From assembly GCA_040767965.1 (NCBI GenBank), contig JAXGNR010000009.1, positions 1-64,000 of the forward strand: a stretch of 64,000 nucleotides of DNA, written 5' to 3'. Position 1 is the first letter of the stretch. The number at the start of each line of letters is the position of its first letter. Shown here one piece after another: positions 20,739 to 30,414 of this stretch. The stretch is from Atribacterota bacterium (GTDB lineage: Bacteria > Atribacterota > Phoenicimicrobiia > Phoenicimicrobiales > Stramentimicrobiaceae). The notes beneath the pieces are model-generated. The model searched no databases. It was given only the letters and a program-made list of their open reading frames with translations, and was not told the origin of the DNA. A program made the position numbers and the translations under genes.

Positions 20739-20761
20739 AAATCTGATAGGTTATCAGATTT
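20739..20761 (+). promoter_or_regulatory. SECIS-like hairpin after the lipoprotein UGA (alternatively a terminator)
   Basis: aaatctgata-ggt-tatcagattt, a perfect 10-bp stem with GGU loop starting 24 nt after the UGA. Confidence 0.5.
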
Positions 20762-20770
20762 AGAGAAAAA

Positions 20771-20779
20771 TGATATAAT
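20771..20779 (+). promoter_or_regulatory. Extended -10 promoter for tRNA-Sec
   Basis: TGATATAAT (TGnTATAAT) about 7 nt upstream of the tRNA 5' end. Confidence 0.55.
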
Positions 20780-20785
20780 AGTACC

Positions 20786-20881
20786 GGGAGTGGATAGGTT
20801 CTGGTGGATCTTGCGGACTTCAAATCCGTTGGCGGTAATTTAAGATTACCGTGGTGGGTTCGATTCCCACCCCACCCGCCA
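20786..20881 (+). tRNA. selC: tRNA-Sec (anticodon UCA)
   Basis: 6-bp D stem aggttc/ggatct with TGGT loop, anticodon loop CTTCAAA (TCA 20820-22), long variable arm gcggtaatt/gattaccgt, GGTTCGATTCC T arm, G73 and encoded CCA, directly upstream of selA. Confidence 0.96.
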
Positions 20882-20897
20882 GTACTATATTGATATT

Positions 20898-20935
20898 TGC
20901 CCATTATTGGTATATTTTGGATACTAAGATGGGCA
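20898..20935 (+). terminator. Hairpin downstream of tRNA-Sec
   Basis: tgcccat..ttggtat / atactaa.atgggca followed by T-rich sequence. Confidence 0.45.
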
Positions 20936-21114
20936 TTTGCTATTTTTATAGATAAAATAGCAAACCAGGGAAATAACAACCCGCTTATTTTCTTATTATG
21001 TTAAAATATATAATATATCTAGAATATTAGAATATAAATATAATAAATATCTTACCCGGTAAAATAAAAAACTCCGGATTTGTATTTAAATAATTATAAA
21101 GTAATTATAATTAT

Positions 21115-22563
21115 ATGAAGAAAAAATTAAGAAAGAGAGTGTTTGTTAATTTGCATGATATGTCAGAAAATCAGCAGGAAAAATTACATGAGCAATTAGC
21201 TAAAATACCCAGCGTGGAAGAGATTTTACAGCAGGAAAATTTACAACCTCTTATCTGTCACTATTCTAGACAGATGATAACTCCCCTTGTGCGGACTGTT
21301 TTGGAAAAAGAAAGAAAATTTATTATGAGCGGAAATAAGCCAGCCACCATGCCCGAAATTATCCAAAAATGCAGTGCTTTCATTCAGCAGGAATACCAAT
21401 CTTTTCTTCGTCCTGTTATTAATGGGACAGGAGTCATATTGCATACCAATCTGGGCAGAGCAATTATTGGAGATAAATTAATGGCTCAGTCTATTGATGT
21501 AATAACAGGTTTCAGCAATCTGGAATATGATCTTTTTGATGGCAAGAGAGGGAAAAGAGGTTTTTTTGTTGAAAGAATGTTAGCTGCTTTCAGCCAGTCA
21601 GAAAACGCTCTTGTTGTAAACAATAATGCAGCAGCAGTGTATTTAATTCTAAAGGCTATGGCCAGAGACAAGGAAGTGATTATTTCCAGGGGAGAACTGG
21701 TACAGATAGGCGGTGGATTTCGAATACCTGAAATCCTGGAAGAGAGCGGTGCCATCTTAAGAGAAATTGGTACCACCAATCAGACTACATTACAGGATTA
21801 TGAAAAGGCTATAAATGGGAATACTGCCCTAATCTTAAAAGTGCATCAAAGCAACTTTTCTCAAACAGGCTTTACCCAAGAGACAACAGTAAAAGAACTT
21901 CATTTACTGGCTCGAAAATATAAGCTGCCACTGATTGTTGATTTAGGCAGCGGAACTTTTTTATCCACTGAAGATTTTCAATTACAGCATGAACCAACTG
22001 TACAGGAAAATATCCGTGCTGGAGCAGATTTAGTCTGTTTTAGTAGCGACAAATTGCTGGGAGGTCCTCAGGCAGGGATTATTTGCGGTGAAAAAGGATA
22101 TCTGAGTTTGATTAAGAAAGACCCGATGTATAGAACTTTCCGTGTTGGAAAAATCACCATGGCTTTATTGCAATTTACCTTATTGTCCTACTTACAGGGG
22201 ACTGCCCTGGAAGATTTACCGGTCTGGAAAATGATTTCTCTGCCTTTACAAAAAATAGCAAGACGGAGTCAGAATATAACTAGAAGCTTGAAAAAAAAGA
22301 ATATTCCAGTTTTCTGTCAGGATGGAGAATCGGTAGTAGGAGGAGGGTCCTTGCCTGGCAAAACTTTGCCTACCAGACTATTTTGTCTGCAAACTTCCGG
22401 TAATATTGAAAATTTAGATCAGAAGTTAAGATTATCCTATCCGGCATTATTAGGCAGGGTGCAGGATAATTTATTAATGTTTGACCCTCGAACCATTGAT
22501 CCTAAATATGATAAATTAGTAGTAGATATCATTTGCTCTGCCTATCAGGCAGAAGAAAGGTGA
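21115..22563 (+). CDS. selA: L-seryl-tRNA(Sec) selenium transferase (start may be further downstream, e.g. ATG 21160)
   Basis: VINGTGVILHTNLGRA, VNNNAAA, ISRGELVQIGGGFRIP, DLGSG, DKLLGGPQAG. Confidence 0.97.
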   Translation: MKKKLRKRVFVNLHDMSENQQEKLHEQLAKIPSVEEILQQENLQPLICHYSRQMITPLVRTVLEKERKFIMSGNKPATMPEIIQKCSAFIQQEYQSFLRPVINGTGVILHTNLGRAIIGDKLMAQSIDVITGFSNLEYDLFDGKRGKRGFFVERMLAAFSQSENALVVNNNAAAVYLILKAMARDKEVIISRGELVQIGGGFRIPEILEESGAILREIGTTNQTTLQDYEKAINGNTALILKVHQSNFSQTGFTQETTVKELHLLARKYKLPLIVDLGSGTFLSTEDFQLQHEPTVQENIRAGADLVCFSSDKLLGGPQAGIICGEKGYLSLIKKDPMYRTFRVGKITMALLQFTLLSYLQGTALEDLPVWKMISLPLQKIARRSQNITRSLKKKNIPVFCQDGESVVGGGSLPGKTLPTRLFCLQTSGNIENLDQKLRLSYPALLGRVQDNLLMFDPRTIDPKYDKLVVDIICSAYQAEER

Positions 22564-22576
22564 AAAATAATTTAAA

Positions 22577-24448
22577 ATGATAATATTTGGCACAGCCGGC
22601 CATATTGATCATGGCAAAACTACCTTAATCCAGGCTATAACCGGAATAGATGCTGACCGTTTGCCGGAAGAAAAAGAAAGAGGAATGACTATAGATTTAG
22701 GCTTTGCCTGGCTGGAAGTGGAAAATGGTGAAAAAATTGGTATCATAGATGTACCTGGGCATGAAAATTTTATCAGGAATACTATTATTGGTCTGACTTC
22801 AGTTGATGCTTTTATTCTGGTGGTAGATGCGAAAGAAGGGTGGAAACCTCAAACTGAAGAACACTTTCAGATTATCCGTTTATTAGGGATCAGCCAAGGC
22901 ATTATTGCAATTACCAAAGCTGACCTGGTTTCTCAAAAGGAGATTGTCCAGGTACAAGAGGTAATTCAAAATAAAATTTCCAATAGCGATTATTTTTACA
23001 TACCTGTTCTCTCCTTCAGCAGCAAAGACGCTGACAGTATTGCACAATTAAAAAAACAGATTGCAGAAATAAGCCTGATTGTTCCTGCAAAGAAAAATCT
23101 GGAAAAGCCCAGATTGTTTATTGATAGAGTATTTGACATCAAAGGTAGCGGTACAGTGGTAACCGGTACCCTATTAAATGGGAATTTTTCTCAAAATCAA
23201 TATGCCCAGCTTTTTCCTTTAAAAAGAAGAATTCGCTTAAGGCAGTTGCAAAGTTATGGAGTTCAGGTAGAAAAAGCCCTCCTGGGCAGTCGGGTAGCCA
23301 TCAATATCTCTGGTGCCAAAAAAGAGGAGATAAATAGAGGCGATTTAATCTATTCCGGTCAACCTTGTGCTAGCGGCAGAATTATTGATGCAGAACTAAT
23401 CCTTCCACAGCAAAAAGAAGAATATACCTTAAAAAATGGTTTTGAGGTTGATTTTATTTCCCATACCAAGCTCTTGCGGGGAAGAGTTATTTTACCGGCA
23501 GGTTCATTGAATTCTGGTGAAAAATCCTTTGTTCAGATTCGTTTTCCGGAAGACCTCAGTTTGATGATCGGGGATTACTTTATAATTCGCTTACCTGGAG
23601 TGAATAAGACTCTTGGCGGAGGAAGAATTTTAGACCCACTAGCATTCAAACATAGTTTCAAGAAAAAAACCTGGCAGGATTGGTTGACAAAAAGAAAAAC
23701 ACTGGAGGTCAGGCAGGTTATTCTAACAGAAATTGAAAAATATCATCTGGCAAAACAAAATAATTTTTTGGCGAATGCTCCTTTTTCAGCTGAAGAAATA
23801 ACACAACAGATATTATTACTTCACAAAACCGAATGCCTGATTCTGCTGGCAGACTGGATTGTAGAGAAAGAATTCTGGTCAGAGCAAATCCAGAAAATAA
23901 CTGATTCTGTAAAAAAACTGCATCAGGAAAACCCTTTTCAGGAAAGCTTCCCGATAATTCAGGTAAAAAATTATTTACCTGATTTGACTGATGATTTTTT
24001 TGCAGGCATGCTGGATTTTCTTGCTGGAAATAAAAAGATAAAATTTTCCAGCGGCAGAATTTCTGGTTTTGAACATAGTATTTCTTTAACCAATGTACAA
24101 AAAGACACTTCTTCCAGAATAATCAGGTTTATAGAAGAAGATCCGCAGCGTTTGCCTACCAGAAAACTGTTAGAGGGAAAATTTCCTCTAGATTCTAGGC
24201 TTATTAAATACCTTTTGGATAGCCAGAAGATAATAGTATTAGAAGATGATATAATGATAACGCCAGCAATATACCGAAAAATGAAAGACCAGATAGTACA
24301 GTTTCTGCAGCAAAATGGCAGCATCAATATAGGACAGGTGAGGGACTTATTAAATGTCAGCCGAAAATATATAGTACCTTTATTGACAAAAATGGACCAG
24401 GAAGGTATAACAGTCAGAAAGGAAAATCAAAGATTCTTAAGAAAATAA
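22577..24448 (+). CDS. selB: Selenocysteine-specific elongation factor
   Basis: GTAGHIDHGKT, RGMTIDLGF, DVPGHE, C-terminal winged helix SRKYIVPLL. Confidence 0.97.
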   Translation: MIIFGTAGHIDHGKTTLIQAITGIDADRLPEEKERGMTIDLGFAWLEVENGEKIGIIDVPGHENFIRNTIIGLTSVDAFILVVDAKEGWKPQTEEHFQIIRLLGISQGIIAITKADLVSQKEIVQVQEVIQNKISNSDYFYIPVLSFSSKDADSIAQLKKQIAEISLIVPAKKNLEKPRLFIDRVFDIKGSGTVVTGTLLNGNFSQNQYAQLFPLKRRIRLRQLQSYGVQVEKALLGSRVAINISGAKKEEINRGDLIYSGQPCASGRIIDAELILPQQKEEYTLKNGFEVDFISHTKLLRGRVILPAGSLNSGEKSFVQIRFPEDLSLMIGDYFIIRLPGVNKTLGGGRILDPLAFKHSFKKKTWQDWLTKRKTLEVRQVILTEIEKYHLAKQNNFLANAPFSAEEITQQILLLHKTECLILLADWIVEKEFWSEQIQKITDSVKKLHQENPFQESFPIIQVKNYLPDLTDDFFAGMLDFLAGNKKIKFSSGRISGFEHSISLTNVQKDTSSRIIRFIEEDPQRLPTRKLLEGKFPLDSRLIKYLLDSQKIIVLEDDIMITPAIYRKMKDQIVQFLQQNGSINIGQVRDLLNVSRKYIVPLLTKMDQEGITVRKENQRFLRK

Positions 24449-24480
24449 CCGGAAGTATTTTCCAGAAAGAGGTGAGCTAG

Positions 24481-25524
24481 ATGGCTGATAAAAAGAAATT
24501 GATTCAGCTGGCATCAGCAGCTGGCTGAGCAGCAAAATTGAGTTATCAGGACCTCGGTGAGGTTCTTAAAAAATTTAATCATATTACAGATAAGAATTTA
24601 TTAAGCGGTTTTGAATATTATGAGGATGCGGCTGTTTATCGGATAAGTGAGGATAATGCAGTTATTTTTACAGTGGATTTTATTACACCTATTGTAAATA
24701 ATCCTTATACTTTTGGTAAAATTGCTGCTGCAAATGCCTTAAGTGATGTGTTTGCCATGGGAGGAAAACCCTTATTGGCTTTAAATATTGTCTGCTTTCC
24801 GGCTGACCGACTTTGTGATTTAGATGAAGTTATCAAGGGTGGCCTGGAAAAAGTACAGGAAGCAGGGGCTTTCCTGGTTGGAGGGCATAGCATAAAAGAT
24901 AATGAGCCGAAATATGGGTTAGCAGTCCTGGGATTGGTGCATCCGGAAAAGGTCATTAAAAATCATACTCCTCAGGAAGGAGATTATCTGATACTTACAA
25001 AGCCACTGGGAACAGGTATAATTTCTACTGCTCTGAAAGCAGAATTGCTGAATGAAGAGGAAGCCCAGGATGCTATCAGATGGATGTCTTCTTTAAATGA
25101 TATCAGCGATTGTTTTTCCCGATTATCAATCCACAGTATGACCGATATTACTGGATTTGGTTTTTTAGGGCATTTATCTGAAATGATGAGTAACAGCGAT
25201 TTAGTTGCAGAGATTCGGGTAAAAGAAGTTCCTGTACTTGAAAAGGCTTCTTTTTTTGCTGAACAGGATATTATTCCAGGAGGAAGCATAAGCAATAAAA
25301 ATATTTTTTCCTGTGGAGTTGAAAAAAATAATACTGTTGACCCTATTAAAGAAATAATCATGTATGATGCTCAAACTTCCGGTGGATTGCTTATAGCGCT
25401 TGCAGAAGAAGAAGCAAAAAAAGCTTTAGGCATGTTGCACAAACAAGGATTTGCTGCAAGCAAAATAGTAGGTCGGATCAGAAGAAGAAATTCTGATGAA
25501 AACAAAAAAATACATCTGTTCTAA
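24481..25524 (+). CDS. selD: Selenophosphate synthetase, selenoprotein form (Sec at codon 16, UGA 24526-24528)
   Basis: True start ATG 24481 with GAGGTG RBS: MADKKKLIQLASAAG-U-AAKL. EDAAVY, TVDF, AANALSD, GGHS, LTKPLG, TDITGFG, DAQTSGGLL. Confidence 0.96.
24548..24566 (+). promoter_or_regulatory. SECIS element of selD
   Basis: aggacctc-ggt-gaggttct, an 8-bp stem (one G-U) with GGU loop 27 nt after the UGA. Confidence 0.75.
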
Positions 25525-25656
25525 CAAAGATAGGTAACAAAAATATTTGCTATACTCTGGCAATATATATGATGATATGATAATATCATCATATATATTG
25601 TTTCGTAAAAAATTTAGAATTTTAATTTTTTCAATAAATAAGAGGTATAAACTGTA

Positions 25657-26709
25657 ATGCAAAAAAAAGGATTTATATTTTTAATTTTACTCATAATCGC
25701 ATCTTTTATAGGAATAGGCTATTATATCAATAGCCTTACCAGTCAATATGCTGGTCCGCCTACCCTTGTTGTTTCAGAAGAAATAGGAGATTTAGGAGCA
25801 ATAAAAGCTGATATTGAACAAACATACACTTTTACCTTAAAAAATACTGGTGGAGAAACCTTGATTATAGAACGAGTGCAGGCACCATGTGGATGTACTG
25901 CAACTTTATTATCTGAAGAAGAAATAATGCCCGGACAAACAGCCCAGCTGGAGGTTACTTTTAATCCCAGAGGGTATCAGGGAATAGTTACCCAGTCAGT
26001 TTATATTTACAGTAATGATCCGGAAAACGAGAGAAAAAGAATTGCTATCACCGCTGATGTAGAGCATATCCCTGCTGCTAAAATAGATATATCAACAAGC
26101 AATTGGGATTTAGGTTTAATTACAAAAGGTGAAACTGCTCAAATGGAATTTACTTTGGGGAATAAGGGAGATGCCGAATTTATTCTAGAAAGCGTAGAAA
26201 TGCCAGAATATATAAACTATGAAGATACTGGCATTCAGTTCCCGGTTACTTTAAATCCTGAAACAGAACTAAAATTCAATTTTACCTATAATTCAAGCAA
26301 AATGGAAACAGGTATAATAAGAGATCATATTCGATTTGTTACAAGTGATGCCAGCAGGAGAAATATTACTCTAAGAATAGAAGGTTATGTAAAAGAACAG
26401 GAAAAAGCTCTTCTTATCTATCCTTCCCAGGATATTTTGGTTACAACTACTGATGAGAAAGAAATTTATGAAGCTAAATATATCTTTAAAAACAACAGTG
26501 ATAAGACAATTAAGTTAATCAGCATAGAAACAGCAGTTGATTATCTTGAAGTAACTCCAATTACTTTTGTGCTGGACCCTGGAGCCGAACAGGAGATAAC
26601 CATTCAAACTGCCAAACAGGACATTGCCGACTTGTTCATCAGTGAAAAGATTCAGGAAAGCATTTATTTAAATATTGCATTACCTATCAATATCAGCCCG
26701 GAAATTTAA
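25657..26709 (+). CDS. DUF1573 (Ig-like) domain membrane-anchored protein
   Basis: N-terminal TM, F.LKNTG..L.I..V..PCGCT, repeated Ig-like beta units. Confidence 0.8.
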   Translation: MQKKGFIFLILLIIASFIGIGYYINSLTSQYAGPPTLVVSEEIGDLGAIKADIEQTYTFTLKNTGGETLIIERVQAPCGCTATLLSEEEIMPGQTAQLEVTFNPRGYQGIVTQSVYIYSNDPENERKRIAITADVEHIPAAKIDISTSNWDLGLITKGETAQMEFTLGNKGDAEFILESVEMPEYINYEDTGIQFPVTLNPETELKFNFTYNSSKMETGIIRDHIRFVTSDASRRNITLRIEGYVKEQEKALLIYPSQDILVTTTDEKEIYEAKYIFKNNSDKTIKLISIETAVDYLEVTPITFVLDPGAEQEITIQTAKQDIADLFISEKIQESIYLNIALPINISPEI

Positions 26710-26741
26710 ATTGTATTTAAATAAAAATATATTTAGAAGGC

Positions 26742-27095
26742 ATGGATTGCATGGAAGAATATCTGAAAATATTTAGCGCGTTATCGGATCAGACCAGATT
26801 GCGTATTTATATGATACTGGCAGAAGGAGAACTTTGTGTATGCGAACTTACCTGTGCTTTAAAAATGGAACAATCTAGGATTTCCCATAGTTTAAAAATC
26901 CTGAGAGAAGCAGGGTTAATAATCTCCCGTAAAATTGGCAAATGGAATTTTTATTCAATCCCGGAAAACAAAAACCGACAATGGCTTTTTGAAGGTATTA
27001 TGGATAATGTCCAGATTTTGCAGAAAGATAAGAAACGCCTGCAAAGATGTAAAGACATAAATATTAGAGAAAAATGTAATTGTCAGATATGTTAA
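26742..27095 (+). CDS. ArsR/SmtB family regulator
   Basis: ALSDQTRLRI, ELCVCEL, QSRISHSL..L..AGL, Cys-rich tail CNCQIC. Confidence 0.9.
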   Translation: MDCMEEYLKIFSALSDQTRLRIYMILAEGELCVCELTCALKMEQSRISHSLKILREAGLIISRKIGKWNFYSIPENKNRQWLFEGIMDNVQILQKDKKRLQRCKDINIREKCNCQIC

Positions 27096-27874
27096 ATTCT
27101 TCTCTTCTAATCAGAAAAATATTCATGCAGCTGATATTTCCACCAGGCGGGATTATCCTTGCCTTATTAGTTATCATAATTTTTTTAATCTTTAATAAAA
27201 AGAAATTAGCCAGTATTGTATCTTTTTTGCTCATTGCTTTTCTTTTATTTTTAAGCTCCTGGTGGGGTGAATATTTCCTGGTAAAACCACTGGAAGATGA
27301 TTATCCTTTTCTTCAGAAAGAAACGCTGGAAACAATATCGCTGACTAATCCGTTAATTGTAGTGCTGGGAGGTGCAGTAGTAGAAAAGAGTCTCTCCGGT
27401 AAAACTGAGATAGGTAACACAACCCTATCCCGCCTCTACGGAGCCTATCAGATCTATCAAGAAATTACCTGCCCGATCTGGGTAAGCGGAGGAAATGTTC
27501 CCGGCTATAGTGCAGATACTCCTGCATCTAAAATCATGCTGGAAATATTGATCAGCTTGGGAATACCTGCGGATGATATATTTATTGAAGACCAATCCCG
27601 AACCACCATGGAAAATGCTCTTTTCGCTTTAGAAGAAATAAAAAAACAGGGTTACCAGGAAATCATATTAGTTACAAGCGCTACCCATATGCACCGCTCG
27701 GTACATAGTTTTGAAAATGAAGAAATAAAAATAATCCCCGCCCCTGTTGACTATGCTTTTGAAAACACCACCCCAAAAATACTGAACATTCTCCCCAACA
27801 GATATTCCTGGAACAATAATTTAAATGCCCTACATGAATGGATAGGACTTCTGTATTATAAAATTATTTATTAA
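27080..27874 (+). CDS. YdcF/DUF218 family membrane protein
   Basis: IVVLGG, VSGG, EDQSRTTMENA, LVTSATHMHRS, LHEWIG. Confidence 0.9.
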   Translation: MSDMLNSSLLIRKIFMQLIFPPGGIILALLVIIIFLIFNKKKLASIVSFLLIAFLLFLSSWWGEYFLVKPLEDDYPFLQKETLETISLTNPLIVVLGGAVVEKSLSGKTEIGNTTLSRLYGAYQIYQEITCPIWVSGGNVPGYSADTPASKIMLEILISLGIPADDIFIEDQSRTTMENALFALEEIKKQGYQEIILVTSATHMHRSVHSFENEEIKIIPAPVDYAFENTTPKILNILPNRYSWNNNLNALHEWIGLLYYKIIY

Positions 27875-28080
27875 TGGGAATGGGAATAGGCTCAATTCAC
27901 AATACGATATTTTTTTATCAAAACAAAATAATAATTACAACTTTTTTGTATAGTTTGATTAGATTTGTTGTTATTTGTCTTTACAAAAAACTAATGTTTT
28001 TATATTTGAAAAGAATGTATTTGCAAAATAAATATATTAATTAATTTTAAACTTGTTTGAGTAGTTTTTTAAGTCAATAT

Positions 28081-28814
28081 TTAAGTCAGTATAATACTAT
28101 TTTCTATTATTGATAGCTCATGAACTTTTGCATTCCAGCTGGAAACAGTTCGATAATCAAGAAATTTTATCCTAGGGGACATCTCTTTAAAGGTACTAAA
28201 AGATGACTTATTCAAAAACTCTCTTTCTCTGAAATTATCTGCTACTATATAAAAATTTGCATAAAAATCTCTTAATTCTGCAAACTTAAGTAGTGAATTA
28301 AAGATATTTGTACTATGTTCTACCTCAAAAAACGAATCAGGCATTTTCCTATCATTAAACCAAATTACATCGACTGATTGTGCTTTTCTTATAATATTTT
28401 TGTGACTGAAGTCAAATATTTGTTTTAAAGTAGAAATTTCTCCTAACTCTTTGTTAAGATATTTTTTATGTTTATCTTGTGGGGTTACAAATGTTTTGAA
28501 GTTTTTTGATTGCCAATTTCTAGAAGTAGCCCCTGATAAAACGAATGACTGTATTCTTCTTTCTTTTAGCCGGGGTCTCTTCTTTGGAAATATGCTTTCC
28601 GGGAGTCCATCTCTAGATTCTTTTAATGCCCAAAGACCAGGTTTAATTTTAAAGAAAAATCTTTCATCCTGAACAATTCTCCTAATGCTGGGAAAGGTGT
28701 TTTTGTTTTCCAGATAACCTCTGGGACTTTTAATACATTTTGATAAAGATAGCCAAGAGTAGCATAGCCATTATTCTCTTTCATTATTTTTATTACAGCT
28801 TCATATTGTTTCAC
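28081..28814 (-). pseudogene. Frameshifted N-terminal winged-HTH (HARE-HTH-like) plus restriction-endonuclease-like protein
   Basis: Fragments MKQYEAVIKIMKENNGYATLGYLY...WKTKTP and ...DVIWFNDRKMPDSFFEVEHSTN lie in different frames on the same strand. Confidence 0.6.
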
Positions 28815-30120
28815 TGTGAATCCTTTTCTGTTCCCTTTGAATAATCAATTGTCAGACTATTTTCTATATCGGGTTCGTTGTTTTTAATCTTTGATTGAAA
28901 GTTAAAAACTTCTTCAGTGATGTAAATGTAACTTTTCACAATAAATTTATTTTATCCTTCATCCGGCGTTAGGTCAACTGTCATATTTACTAGTTTAAAA
29001 TTGAAAATTATTAACTCAAGCCAGAATTTACTTATTTTACTTTTTAAAATATCAAAAAATTAATTCTTGCTAATAGTCCAACAATATCGATCAGTTAAAA
29101 TAAAAAATGAATAATAAATGAAAGAATCAAAATATTAATTCAATTTAAATTATAAAGACACAAAATTGAAATTCTTTGTTATTTTTTAACAACAAATTTT
29201 TTATTATAAATAAATATTTTAGATATCTTTTTTATTTTATATGTTTCATTTTTTATTTATTCGAATATTGTTAAAAAGGATTCCAGATATTAATTACCGT
29301 ATGGGAATTTATATTCAACCAAGAACCAAAAGTGCAGCTCATGGTTCGACATCCAGGCATTTTATGCACGCCCAAATTTTTAGCAGAATTTATAAAATTA
29401 TGAAAGTTAGTGAGATAAGATTTAGTTAAAAAGATGTTTTATTCTGTAAAAAATATAAAAATCTTTGAAATTCAAAGATTGGTATGTTATAATATTTGTA
29501 ATTAAAATAATAATACCATAAAACATACCATAAAAATAAAAAGTAATTATATTCATAGAACTATAAACACACTACATTAAAACCACTTTTATCTTCTTAA
29601 CTGATTTTACTTATTTATGTAATATATAAATTATAGAATTATTCCAATATAAAATGCTAAAAAAATAGCATAAAAGTAAAGGGATATAATATAAATGAGT
29701 AATTTATTCTCGGTAATATTTCTACAAAAACAATAAATATCATCCGACCTCCATTATATCTATTCACAAATCACAAACTAAAATTTGAAAATTATCTAAT
29801 ATATACATATCAGGATTATTTTAAAAAGATATTGTAGTATAAATTATGTTATCTAAATTTATATTGAATATTTATTTATTGTCTTAAATATATATTGTCT
29901 TAAATATACTTTTTAATAATTAAATTAATTTGATTTTCTAACAATGATAATTTTTAAAATTATTTCTGGTAATAGCTAAATTTAATTACATTAATTTTGT
30001 TCCTTGAAAAATGAAGGCCTGTTTAATAATTTTACACTAAACGACTTATTGCCAGTTCTCATAGTATCGGTTAAGAATTAACATAATCATCATAGAATTT
30101 CATAATCTTATTATTTAATT

Positions 30121-30164
30121 TGTATTAATTTCATGATATGTATACACATCATGAAATTAATACA
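30121..30164. repeat. Near-perfect 44-bp palindrome upstream of tctC
   Basis: tgtattaatttcatgat-a-tgtataca-c-atcatgaaattaataca, with a single mismatched pair. Confidence 0.85.
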
Positions 30165-30414
30165 TTTTAAAAAGCATATATTTTTTCTAAAAATATTGAT
30201 TATGAATATAAAAAACATTAGTAAATAAATAAAGAATGCTAGAACAAACCTATCTCAAAACTAATCAATTCTTCCCAAAATATTTTGTATTGCATATAAA
30301 CAAACTAAATATTCAAGAGAAACTTTTAAATATAGAGATTGAGGTGTTATATGAATAGAATTAATTTGATTTTAAAATAATTTTTGTATTCTAAAAAATA
30401 AAAAGGGGTAAAAA

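Noticed and set aside
20728-20979. 83-aa minus-strand ORF
   Set aside because: Antisense shadow of tRNA-Sec (GGWGGNRTH is a typical reverse-tRNA translation).
28820-30100. Long AT-rich gap with small ORFs (e.g. 29241-29429), considered as origin or ncRNA
   Set aside because: No DnaA-box cluster or recognisable structured RNA. Probably eroded sequence at the island's left edge.
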